NCBI GenBank assembly: GCA_021794075.1
Contig: JAJYRM010000007.1
Span: 4,398 to 68,397 of the forward strand
DNA length: 64,000 bases
Reading direction: 5' to 3'
DNA from: Bacteroidota bacterium
Lineage (GTDB): Bacteria > Bacteroidota > Ignavibacteria > Kryptoniales > JAKASW01
The translations under genes were made by a program, and so were the position numbers. Below are positions 1 to 8,052 of this stretch, piece after piece. Within the stretch, counting starts at the first letter, position 1. Each line of letters begins with the position of its first letter. The notes below the pieces were generated by a model that worked only from the letters and a program-made list of their open reading frames with translations, was not told the DNA's origin and made no database searches.

Positions 1-374
1 GCGGCGATTGCTTGGCCCAACTGGTCCATCAGGCCAGCAGGCATCTTCTGACCAGCTAAGATCCTGTTGAGCAGGTTCTTGAGCATTTCGAACTTTACGT
101 CGGCAATGTATGGCCCGATGGTTATGTTCAGAACCGTTTCAAATCCAGCGCCGAAGATTCCAGTCCAGAGACCGAGGTAGAATCCATCTATGTTCAGGAT
201 AGTGTAATCCTTCGGAACATCCATACGGAAGAAGAGCACTGCTAGGACGCCGCCTACGAAAAGCCCGGCACAGCAAAAACAATTTACCAGGTCTAACCCG
301 GGGGCGAAGTTGACTATTGCAAGTATTAAGCCCGCGAACAATGCGGGGCGGAAATAAAGCGAACTATTTCTCAT
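1..374 (-). CDS. hypothetical multi-pass membrane protein, N-terminal ~124 codons (3' end lies beyond the window edge)
   Basis: Absent from the ORF track because no stop lies in the window. Hand translation of the minus strand from ATG 374..372 gives MRNSSLYFRPALFAGLILAIVNFAPGLDLVNCFCCAGLFVGGVLAVLFFRMDVPKDYTILNIDGFYLGLWTGIFGAGFE..., open to position 1. Hydrophobic helices are present. The ATG overlaps the last 11 nt of the upstream gene. Confidence 0.55.
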   Translation of the reverse strand, partial: MRNSSLYFRPALFAGLILAIVNFAPGLDLVNCFCCAGLFVGGVLAVLFFRMDVPKDYTILNIDGFYLGLWTGIFGAGFETVLNITIGPYIADVKFEMLKNLLNRILAGQKMPAGLMDQLGQAIA

Positions 375-846
375 GCTGTGGGAGCCTCTTTGTTTTGAAT
401 TCCCTGATGAGCGAAATCCAGACCGGGACGATGAAGAATGAGAGCGAGATTCCGAAGATACCGCCCGTGATTGACCTTGATACGAACGTGTTGTGACCGA
501 TTCCCAGATAGTTCAGGCTGAAGTCTGCTACCATCGCGGCAAGAGGTATCGCCGCCCAGAGAGGGTTAGGTATCCGCGCGGTTTCGATCGGGCGAAAAAA
601 TGGGTACAAAATTATGCCGAGCGTGGCGCCATAATAAATCGAGGCGCAACGTGAGCATACTGCAAGTTTGTAGCCGAATATGTGAAAGCTTCTCGAATCG
701 AGTTGGTCGCATATTGGCTGGAAGAATCGGTAGAATATATCCGCGTTGATTCCGAAATGAAGAAGGATTGGTGGGAATGTGAATAGCGTGTCCCAGACCA
801 AGGCAAGCAAAAGTATTACGAGGTAACTCTTTTGTTCCGTCTTCAA
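364..846 (-). CDS. DUF2085-family integral membrane protein
   Basis: 160 aa, several hydrophobic helices, and a CDQLD...CSRCASIYYG pattern typical of DUF2085. Its start overlaps the argB stop by 4 nt. Confidence 0.7.
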   Translation of the reverse strand: MKTEQKSYLVILLLALVWDTLFTFPPILLHFGINADIFYRFFQPICDQLDSRSFHIFGYKLAVCSRCASIYYGATLGIILYPFFRPIETARIPNPLWAAIPLAAMVADFSLNYLGIGHNTFVSRSITGGIFGISLSFFIVPVWISLIREFKTKRLPQHEK

Positions 847-1610
847 ACTTTCACCTGGGTGCCTGCGTTCTCTCCGGCAGCAATCTTTCCGGCGCCTGCG
901 GCATCGGTGATGACTGCGATCCTTGCGCCGCCTTTCACGGCTCTTAACCCACTCTCAACCTTCGGGATCATTCCGCCTGTTATAACGCCGTTCTTTTTCA
1001 ATTCTTCGAGCTGTCTTTCTTGAATTTCGGGAAGAACATCGCCGGAGTTGATAACCCCCGGCACGTTCGAAAGGAATATAACCAATTCGGCTTTAAGGAA
1101 AGATGCCATGGCGGCCGCGGCGTAGTCGGCATTTACGTTGAGAGATTCACCAGAAGTCTTGTCGAGACTAATGGGGGAGAGAACCAGAACGAATTCGGAA
1201 ATCAGATCCTCGACGACACGCACGTTCACAGCGAAGACCTCTCCTACTAAGCCAATATCATCGCCCTCACGAGTTATTTTCTCGGCAACCATGATGCTCG
1301 CGTCGACTCCGCTCACACCCAGCGCGCTAATGCCCGCGCGCTGGAGAGTCTTAACCAGCCTCTTGTTGATTCCCCCGGAGAGCATCATTTCCGTCGCCTC
1401 GAGGCTTTTGACATCCGTGTATCTCATGCCGCTCACGAAATGAGTCTCGATGCCGAGTTTCTTGAGAAGGGCGGTGATTTCCTTCCCACCACCGTGGACG
1501 AGGACGATCTGGTGATTCGCTTTCCGGAGTTTTCCTACAAGCGCGGTGACTTCCGAAAGGAAGCCTGGATCGTCTATTTCGTTCCCCCCGATCTTAAGCA
1601 CAATCTTCAA
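843..1610 (-). CDS. argB: acetylglutamate kinase
   Basis: 255 aa amino-acid kinase fold: KIGGNEI, VLVHGGGKEI, NVNADYAAAA, GGMIPKV. Overlaps argC by 4 nt. Confidence 0.85.
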   Translation of the reverse strand: MKIVLKIGGNEIDDPGFLSEVTALVGKLRKANHQIVLVHGGGKEITALLKKLGIETHFVSGMRYTDVKSLEATEMMLSGGINKRLVKTLQRAGISALGVSGVDASIMVAEKITREGDDIGLVGEVFAVNVRVVEDLISEFVLVLSPISLDKTSGESLNVNADYAAAAMASFLKAELVIFLSNVPGVINSGDVLPEIQERQLEELKKNGVITGGMIPKVESGLRAVKGGARIAVITDAAGAGKIAAGENAGTQVKV

Positions 1611-2638
1611 AGCAGTCCCTCAGTCTCTTCTATTCCTGCCATCACGTTGAAATTCTGAAGAGCCTGTCCCGCTGCGCCCTTGCCTAGATTGTCGATGGAC
1701 GAAACTATGATCGCGTAAGGTGAATTCTCCACTTTCTTCACAGAAATAACCGACAGATTCGTGTTAATGGTATGTTGGAAAGTCGCGATTGATTTCTCTG
1801 CGAGGACTTTCACGAGCGGCTCATTGTCATACGTAGCCTGGAATATCCTGGTGAGTTCTCCAGTTGATAAATCGCTTTTCAATTTTACATAGATTGTGTT
1901 GAGCATCCCTCTTGTGATCGGCATTAAGTGCGGTGAGAAGATTATCTTCAGGTCCGACTTCGCGACTTTCCTCAGCTCTTGTTCGATCTCGCCGGTGTGT
2001 CTGTGGACATAGCCGATATTATAAGGAGAAACGTTCTCGTTCACTTCGGCGAACAGGAGTCGTACCTCCGGCTTGCGCCCGGCGCCCGTTACGCCGGATT
2101 TCGCGTCGATGATCACCGGCTCGGCGAGATCTATCAGCTTCTCCCTAAGAAGAGGGTAGACGCCGAGGATGGTGGCGGTGGGGTAGCAGCCAGGGTTGGC
2201 CACGAAACGGGCCTTCCTTATCGAGTCACGGTTGATCTCAGTAAGTCCGTAAACAAAGTCATCGAGGAAGTCCGGACTCGTATGCTTGTTGCCGTACCAT
2301 TTTTCGTACTCCGCGGGGTCGTCAAAACGATAGTCCGCGCTGAGGTCGATGATCTTCATGACCTCAGACGTGCCTGCGATCTGTTCTACTACGCTCTTTG
2401 CCGCGCCGTGCGGAAGCGAGAGAAATACCGCGTCAAGTTCGGCAGTGTTCACATCGTCATTCTTGATTATTCGCAGGTCGTCCGTTGTCGCGAATAAATC
2501 GCTCAGCTTCTTTCCGGCGGATGTTTCCGCGGTAACGTACTTCAGCTCGACTTCTTTATGACGCTTAATCAAACGGTACAGCTCGTAACCGGCGTAACCT
2601 GATACGCCGTAAATGGCGACGCGGAATTTCTTATTCAT
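1607..2638 (-). CDS. argC: N-acetyl-gamma-glutamyl-phosphate reductase
   Basis: 343 aa with [10 protein letters not shown], the catalytic-Cys motif [29 protein letters not shown] and [14 protein letters not shown]. Confidence 0.92.
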   Translation of the reverse strand: MNKKFRVAIYGVSGYAGYELYRLIKRHKEVELKYVTAETSAGKKLSDLFATTDDLRIIKNDDVNTAELDAVFLSLPHGAAKSVVEQIAGTSEVMKIIDLSADYRFDDPAEYEKWYGNKHTSPDFLDDFVYGLTEINRDSIRKARFVANPGCYPTATILGVYPLLREKLIDLAEPVIIDAKSGVTGAGRKPEVRLLFAEVNENVSPYNIGYVHRHTGEIEQELRKVAKSDLKIIFSPHLMPITRGMLNTIYVKLKSDLSTGELTRIFQATYDNEPLVKVLAEKSIATFQHTINTNLSVISVKKVENSPYAIIVSSIDNLGKGAAGQALQNFNVMAGIEETEGLL

Positions 2639-3860
2639 CGTTCAGGCCAAATCCTTTGTGAAGAACGGCGACTGCCTTCTTCATGTCCTTTTCGTTCACG
2701 ACCACGGAAATCTTTATTTCACTGGTCGAGATCATCTGGATATTAATTCCAGCCTCAGAGAGGTATTTGAACATCCTTGATGCTACGCCGGAGTGTGTCC
2801 GCATACCTACGCCGACCAACGAGACTTTCGAAACCTTGTCGTCTCCGACCACGTAAGTGGCTTTCTTCTCTTTGACAAGTTTGTTCAGGATTTGCATAGC
2901 TTTTTCGTAATCGCCGCGCGGTATCGTGAAGCTCATGTCGGTGAAGCCCTCGCTGCTAGCGCTTTGTATTATCATATCGACGACGATCTCCGCTTCCGCG
3001 AGGGGAGAGAAGATGCCGTATGCTATGCCGGGCTGATCCGAGACGTGGAGGACCGTGATTTTTGCTTCGTTCTTGTCGTAAGAAATGCCCGTTACAACCA
3101 CGCTCTCCATATCAAGTGTTTCATTTACTACCATTGTACCCTCGCTGTCATTAAAACTGCTTCTTACATGAATTGGTATGTGAAATTTCATTCCAAACAA
3201 AACGGACCGCGTCTGCAAGACTTTAGCGCCCGAACTGGCGAGCTCGAACATTTCCTCGAAACTGATATTCTTTATCTTCTTTGCGGTAGGGACGATGTTG
3301 GGATCAGTTGTGTAGACGCCATCGACATCTGTATAGATCTCGCAGACGAGACCGCTTTTCGCGTGCGGCTTCATCGCTGCCGCGATGGCTACCGCTGTGG
3401 TGTCGGAGCCGCCGCGGCCAAGGGTCGTTATGTCGCCCTGCTCATCAACTCCCTGAAATCCGGCGACGATTGCGATCGCTCCTTCTTTCAGGACGCTTGT
3501 AAGCTTCTGAGCGTCGATTCGTTTTATGTGCGCTTTGGTGTACGCGGAGTCGGTAACGAGCCTTACCTGGTGGTTCTGCAGTGATCGCGCTTTATAGCCC
3601 ATTGAAATCAGCGTCATGGAAAGCAAGGCTGTCGAAACCTGCTCGCCTGTGGAGACAAGGACGTCCATCTCCCTCGGATCGGGCGAGGTGACCGCGGATT
3701 TGGCGAGATCGATTAGGCGGTTGGTCTCACCGGCCATTGCGCTGACCACGACAACGACATCGTTACCTTCGTCCTTTGCCTTGGCCACGCGCTTGGCGAC
3801 GTTGCGGATCCTCTCGATGGTGCCGACCGATGTCCCGCCGAATTTTTGTACTATCAACAT
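2631..3860 (-). CDS. lysC: aspartate kinase (monofunctional, with C-terminal ACT domains)
   Basis: 409 aa starting [13 protein letters not shown], with [14 protein letters not shown] and [14 protein letters not shown]. The C-terminal ACT-like repeats include VSLVGVGM. Confidence 0.93.
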   Translation of the reverse strand: MLIVQKFGGTSVGTIERIRNVAKRVAKAKDEGNDVVVVVSAMAGETNRLIDLAKSAVTSPDPREMDVLVSTGEQVSTALLSMTLISMGYKARSLQNHQVRLVTDSAYTKAHIKRIDAQKLTSVLKEGAIAIVAGFQGVDEQGDITTLGRGGSDTTAVAIAAAMKPHAKSGLVCEIYTDVDGVYTTDPNIVPTAKKIKNISFEEMFELASSGAKVLQTRSVLFGMKFHIPIHVRSSFNDSEGTMVVNETLDMESVVVTGISYDKNEAKITVLHVSDQPGIAYGIFSPLAEAEIVVDMIIQSASSEGFTDMSFTIPRGDYEKAMQILNKLVKEKKATYVVGDDKVSKVSLVGVGMRTHSGVASRMFKYLSEAGINIQMISTSEIKISVVVNEKDMKKAVAVLHKGFGLNDE

Positions 3861-3875
3861 TTTTGTTAGCCTGAG

Positions 3876-4931
3876 TTAATTCAATTCCATCAACTTCAAA
3901 ACTTCCGACAAAACGGGTTTCGCGGAGAGAGGCGGAGTGATGCCCCGCGAAGCGGTGTCGGGATCCTTCAATCCGTTTCCGGTAAGCGTGCAAACGACGG
4001 TATCTTTTCCGGAAAAATATTTCTCCGCGACAAGCTTTCTGATGCCCGCGACAGAAGAGGCGGATGCGGGTTCGCAGAATATCCCTTCGGTCGAGGCGAT
4101 AAGCCTTTGCGCGGAAATTATCTCGTCGTCCGAAGCCATCGCGATTGTTCCTCCGGAATCATCGCGCGCTTGAACCGCCTGTTTCCAACTTGCCGGATTG
4201 CCAATCCTAATCGCAGTTGCGATGGTCTCCGGATGTTCGAAAATCTTATTGTGTACGATCGGTGACGCGCCTTCGGCCTGGAAGCCCAGCATCTTGGGCA
4301 GGTCGGTTCCGTGTTTCTCTTTCCACTCCACATAACCTTTCCAGTAAGCGGTTATATTGCCGGCATTTCCGACCGGGAGGGAGTGGTGCGTCGGAGCCTT
4401 GCCGAGAGTCTCAATGATTTCGAACGAGGCGGTCTTTTGTCCTTCGATCCTGTAAGGATTTATCGAGTTTACGATGACGACGCTTGTCTTTTCGCCGACT
4501 TCGCGGACGATACGCAAGGCTTCGTCGAAGTTTCCGTCAATTTCTATGACCTTCGCGCCGTATATCAACGCCTGCGCCAGTTTGCCTATGGCTATTTTCC
4601 CTTTGGGGAGAACGACAAACGCCTTGAGCCCGGCCTTCGCGGCGTAAGCGGCCGCTGAAGCAGACGTATTGCCAGTTGACGCGCAAATAACCGCTTTGGC
4701 CTTGTCGAGCACGGCCTTCGTTATTGCTACTGTCATACCTCGATCCTTGAACGAGCCCGTCGGATTAGCTCCTTCGAACTTCAGAAAGATCTTGCATGGC
4801 GCTTTTAATTCTTTCCTAAGATTGTCGGCTTCTATAAGCGGCGTGTTTCCTTCAAGCAGCGTAGTGGGCTCGACATCCTTTGGCAGAGGGAGGTGTTCTA
4901 AATATCTTGCTATTACTCCTGAGTACTTCAT
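3876..4931 (-). CDS. thrC: threonine synthase
   Basis: 351 aa PLP fold-type II enzyme with the lysine motif FEGANPTGSFKDRGM and STGNTSASAAAYAA. Confidence 0.92.
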   Translation of the reverse strand: MKYSGVIARYLEHLPLPKDVEPTTLLEGNTPLIEADNLRKELKAPCKIFLKFEGANPTGSFKDRGMTVAITKAVLDKAKAVICASTGNTSASAAAYAAKAGLKAFVVLPKGKIAIGKLAQALIYGAKVIEIDGNFDEALRIVREVGEKTSVVIVNSINPYRIEGQKTASFEIIETLGKAPTHHSLPVGNAGNITAYWKGYVEWKEKHGTDLPKMLGFQAEGASPIVHNKIFEHPETIATAIRIGNPASWKQAVQARDDSGGTIAMASDDEIISAQRLIASTEGIFCEPASASSVAGIRKLVAEKYFSGKDTVVCTLTGNGLKDPDTASRGITPPLSAKPVLSEVLKLMELN

Positions 4932-4952
4932 CTTTTCTCTTTTTTTCTACCT

Positions 4953-4989
4953 GATAAATTAAACGAATTACTTGATATAAGTTAATTCG
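4953..4989 (-). terminator. weak intrinsic-terminator-like hairpin downstream of the oxidoreductase pair
   Basis: On the minus strand, CGAATTA-N11-TAATTCG (7 bp, AT-rich) is followed by TTTAATTTATC. It lies between the stop at 5021 and the thrC start at 4931. Confidence 0.3.
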
Positions 4990-5020
4990 CGACTGATTAC
5001 TATTTGCCGCTGGGTGAGTT

Positions 5021-6049
5021 TCAAAACGTCAGCACAATCTTGCCGAATTGCTTCCGTGCCTCAATTATATTGTGAGCCTCGCGCACCTCGGCGTAAGATA
5101 ACTTCCTGTCGATCACGGCATGAAATCTTCCACTCTTCATAAGGTCAAGCATGGTGAGCAGCAGACTCTTGCTCCCCATCGTGCTTCCGAAGATCGTGAG
5201 CTGTCTCGAGAAAACGTACCGCAGGTCGGTAACGGCTTCCGGACCAGTCGTCGCGCCGCAGGTCACTATCCTTCCGCCTCTTTTGGCCGCGAGTATACTC
5301 TCGGTCCACGTCTCGCGTCCGGTATGCTCGAACACGACATCTACGCCGCGTTTTCCGGTGAGCCTTCGGACGCCATCGGATATTTTTTCAAAATTATAAT
5401 TGATGACATCGTCCGCGCCGATCGCTTTCGCTTTATTCAGCTTCTCATCCGAACCGGCAACGGCAATAACCCTCGCGTTGAAGAGCTTTGCAATTTGGAT
5501 CGCCGCGGTTCCGACGCCGCTGCTCGCGCCCATCACAAGAAGGTCTTCCATCGGCTGGACTCGTGCTTTTTCCGCCAGCATTTGGTAGGCGGTTATGAAG
5601 ACCAGGGAAGAGGCTGCAGCATCCTCGAATGAAACGTCGTCGGGAAGCTTCACGATATTGTCACGACGGGCGGCAACGAGCTCGGCGTCGGTTCCGTCGC
5701 AGTGTTCGCCCAGGATCTTATATTCGCGGCAGAGATTATCGTGTCCGCTGAGACACTGAGCGCATTTGCCGCAGGAAGATCCCGGAGAGATGAGTACTCG
5801 GTCGCCCGGTCGCAGATCGTTTATCTCGCTCCCCACCTGAACGACGGTTCCAGCACCGTCGGAGCCCAGTATCATTGGGAGAGGGAGGCGTAGATTACTC
5901 ATTCCCTCGCGCACCCAGATGTCGAGGTGGTTCACGGAAGTTGCGGCCATCCTGATGACGGCTTCCGTTGGTGTTGGTATGGGATCGGGGAGATCGACGA
6001 TTATGACATTATCCGATCCACCGTGTTCGTGGACGCGTATAGCTTTCAC
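5021..6049 (-). CDS. zinc-type alcohol dehydrogenase / quinone oxidoreductase family (MDR) protein
   Basis: 342 aa with an N-terminal GroES-like domain (GSDGAGTVVQVG, PGDRV), a structural-Zn Cys cluster CGKCAQCLSGHDNLC and a Rossmann motif GASSGVGTAAIQIAK. Confidence 0.85.
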   Translation of the reverse strand: MKAIRVHEHGGSDNVIIVDLPDPIPTPTEAVIRMAATSVNHLDIWVREGMSNLRLPLPMILGSDGAGTVVQVGSEINDLRPGDRVLISPGSSCGKCAQCLSGHDNLCREYKILGEHCDGTDAELVAARRDNIVKLPDDVSFEDAAASSLVFITAYQMLAEKARVQPMEDLLVMGASSGVGTAAIQIAKLFNARVIAVAGSDEKLNKAKAIGADDVINYNFEKISDGVRRLTGKRGVDVVFEHTGRETWTESILAAKRGGRIVTCGATTGPEAVTDLRYVFSRQLTIFGSTMGSKSLLLTMLDLMKSGRFHAVIDRKLSYAEVREAHNIIEARKQFGKIVLTF

Positions 6050-6050
6050 T

Positions 6051-6809
6051 TTAGCCTACGAGGACCGACCCGCCGTTTACGTTAAGGATCTCTCCGGTGA
6101 TGTGGTCCGAAAGCCTTGAAGCGAGGAATAATATCGGGCCCGCGATGTCTTCCGCGGTAGGGATTTTCCCAAGCGGGATCGATTTAAGGACTTCTTCTCG
6201 AAGCGGTTGCTTCTGGAGAGTGTCTGCGCTCATGTCGGTGTCCACCCAACCCGGCGCAACGCAATTGACTCTAATGTTGAATCTGCCGAGCTCAGTGGAC
6301 AGACTTTTCGTGAAGGATATGATTCCACCCTTTGTGGCAGCGTAGTGAGAATGGAACGCCTCGCCGCGCTGTCCCGCTGTCGATGAGATATTTATTATCG
6401 ATCCACCCCCTTGTTTTTTCATTATGGGGACAATGTAGTGACAGAAGAGAAATGTTCCTTTCAGATTGACATCCACAGTCTGATCCCAAACGTCCTCTTT
6501 CATCGTATCGATTTCACCGTATGTCCAAATTCCCGCGTTGTTTACAAGCACGTCGATTCGCCCAAACTCTTTCTGCACGTCGCGGACAATCGTCTTCACG
6601 ATATCCTTCTTGCTGATATCACCTTTGTAGGTTTGACACTTCTTGCCGAGTTTGCCGATCTCGTTTTGAACTTCCTTTGCCTTAGAGTCGCTCCCCCGAT
6701 ATGTTATCGCTACATCCGCGCCCGCTCTCGCGAAGAGTAGTGCGGTTGCCGCTCCTATTCCTCTCGAACCGCCGGTTATCAAAAGAACTTTGCCGGTTAA
6801 ATCTATCAT
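6051..6809 (-). CDS. short-chain dehydrogenase/reductase (FabG-like 3-oxoacyl reductase family)
   Basis: 252 aa with TGGSRGIG, NNAG and the catalytic S...YAATK of classical SDRs. Confidence 0.88.
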   Translation of the reverse strand: MIDLTGKVLLITGGSRGIGAATALLFARAGADVAITYRGSDSKAKEVQNEIGKLGKKCQTYKGDISKKDIVKTIVRDVQKEFGRIDVLVNNAGIWTYGEIDTMKEDVWDQTVDVNLKGTFLFCHYIVPIMKKQGGGSIINISSTAGQRGEAFHSHYAATKGGIISFTKSLSTELGRFNIRVNCVAPGWVDTDMSADTLQKQPLREEVLKSIPLGKIPTAEDIAGPILFLASRLSDHITGEILNVNGGSVLVG

Positions 6810-7152
6810 TTCCTTTTTCGAATTGTCTAATTTTCTAATTGAAATTACGGAAGAGCTGTTATTGTTTCAATAAATCCCGTTCGTTTCTTTATTCCACGAT
6901 GTATAAGTTCTCGATGTTCTCACACTGCGCGCATATCCCAACTCACTCATTTAAAAAATGACGGCCGCACAGAAGGGTAGATATTGGGATTGAAATTCAT
7001 TTGACACACTGTCACCTCGCGCTCGGAGACGCTTATCACTTCGAATAATCATTTCGTAAAAGTGGGCTGGCCGAGTTCAATTTGTGATGGTGCCACACTC
7101 CGGGCCGGAATCCGTTGGATATGACTCCAATCTGCGTTAAATTCAATGAAAA

Positions 7153-8052
7153 ATGATACAGAGTAGGTTCCCGACAACCAATCTTCCGCAGAGCCAGTTC
7201 CGGATTCTTGTTCAGCAGTTCGAAAGCTCAATGAGTTTCGCAAGCGGTGTTACCCGACACGTTTACATGAAAGCTCTGGACCAGCTTCTCTTTTTTGCGG
7301 AGGGGAACCAGTTCAAGTTTACACCAGAAGATTTTACACAATTCCGGTTGTGGCTGCTTGACGGGAGAAAGCTCTCCAACAATACTGTAAATACTTACAT
7401 GACTGCATCGCGGAGATTCTGCGAGTTCCTCGTGGAGCTCGGAGTCTTACAGCAGAACCCCGCGTGGAGTGTCCACGGCTCCGCACAGCATTTCAACGTA
7501 ACCAAAGTATCCCTTAGGGAAGTGACACACGCGATTTCAAGAATCAACAGGAGCTCGCTTCTCGGAAAGCGCGACTACGCGTTCCTTTCGGTTATCTTCG
7601 AGTGCGGCGCGACGATATCGGAGCTACTAAATGCGGATATCGGCGACCTGAAAAGAAGCGGAGAGGCCGTGGAGATGCGCGTGAAGCCGAAAGGGGCGCG
7701 CGGGAGATACGAGGTCATCAGGCTGACCAGAGCCGCAAGTTCAGCTTTGTACGCGTATATCGATTCGCGCGGTCAAGTCGCATCTGACTTCCCGCTATTT
7801 AGCACGGTCAACGCGGGAAGGGCCACACAGAAGAGGCTCTCTTTCCGCGGGGCGCGGGCAGCGATGCGGAAGCGACTAACAATTGATGAAAAACGAGCGC
7901 TTAGACTCGATTCCCTTCGCACTTACTGCGCGGTCAGGCTGATGAAACAGGGGAGAACCTCTGAAGAGATTAAGTCATTCATGAGATTCAAAAGCAACAT
8001 GCCTTTCAGAAAAATTATGGTTAATTCTAAAGCGATGGCAGAAAAAAGATGA
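7153..8052 (+). CDS. tyrosine recombinase (XerC/D)-like protein with degenerate catalytic residues
   Basis: 299 aa with an N-terminal SAM-like integrase domain (NTVNTYMTASRRFCEFL) and a C-terminal integrase fold. It reads ECGATISEL where ATGLRxSEL is expected, DSLRTYCAV where HxLRHxFAT is expected, and NMPFRKI where the Tyr nucleophile normally sits. The stop overlaps the leuS ATG (ATGA). Confidence 0.65.
   Translation: MIQSRFPTTNLPQSQFRILVQQFESSMSFASGVTRHVYMKALDQLLFFAEGNQFKFTPEDFTQFRLWLLDGRKLSNNTVNTYMTASRRFCEFLVELGVLQQNPAWSVHGSAQHFNVTKVSLREVTHAISRINRSSLLGKRDYAFLSVIFECGATISELLNADIGDLKRSGEAVEMRVKPKGARGRYEVIRLTRAASSALYAYIDSRGQVASDFPLFSTVNAGRATQKRLSFRGARAAMRKRLTIDEKRALRLDSLRTYCAVRLMKQGRTSEEIKSFMRFKSNMPFRKIMVNSKAMAEKR

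Noticed and set aside
290-310. Apparent frameshift at the CCCCCGGG run that seemed to split the first minus-strand ORF into a 26-codon piece and a start-less remainder
   Set aside because: This was my own miscount of the C-run. Recounting base by base (five C then three G on the minus strand), the frame from ATG 374 reads ...IVNFAPGLDLVNCF... without any stop down to position 1. The ORF is intact and simply runs off the window.
843-2638. argB/argC homologues as LysZ/LysY of a LysW-carrier lysine pathway, given the adjacent aspartate kinase
   Set aside because: No lysW, lysX, lysJ or lysK-like genes are in the operon, and the motifs ([28 protein letters not shown]) fit ordinary ArgC/ArgB. This cannot be excluded without phylogeny, so it is kept only as a low-interest note.
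2793-3584. Long antisense or out-of-frame ORFs inside well-supported genes, for example 2793..3584 (+, 263 aa), 12158..12898 (-, 246 aa), 5120..5632 (+), 15164..15721 (-), 62029..62625 (-) and 57336..57875 (-)
   Set aside because: Each lies wholly within a gene with unambiguous family motifs on the other strand or frame. Their products are Arg/His/Ser-rich with no recognisable domains, which is the typical shadow-ORF pattern at this GC content.
6997-7013. TTGACAcacTGTCA palindrome upstream of the recombinase-like gene as an operator or -35 element
   Set aside because: It is a 5-bp inverted repeat with no matching -10 at proper spacing and no second copy, which is too short to distinguish from chance.
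7153-8052. The integrase-like gene as a marker of an integrated mobile element or genomic island
   Set aside because: There is no adjacent tRNA and I saw no flanking direct repeats. Neighbouring genes are core (SDR on one side, leuS overlapping on the other), composition does not shift, and the catalytic residues appear lost.
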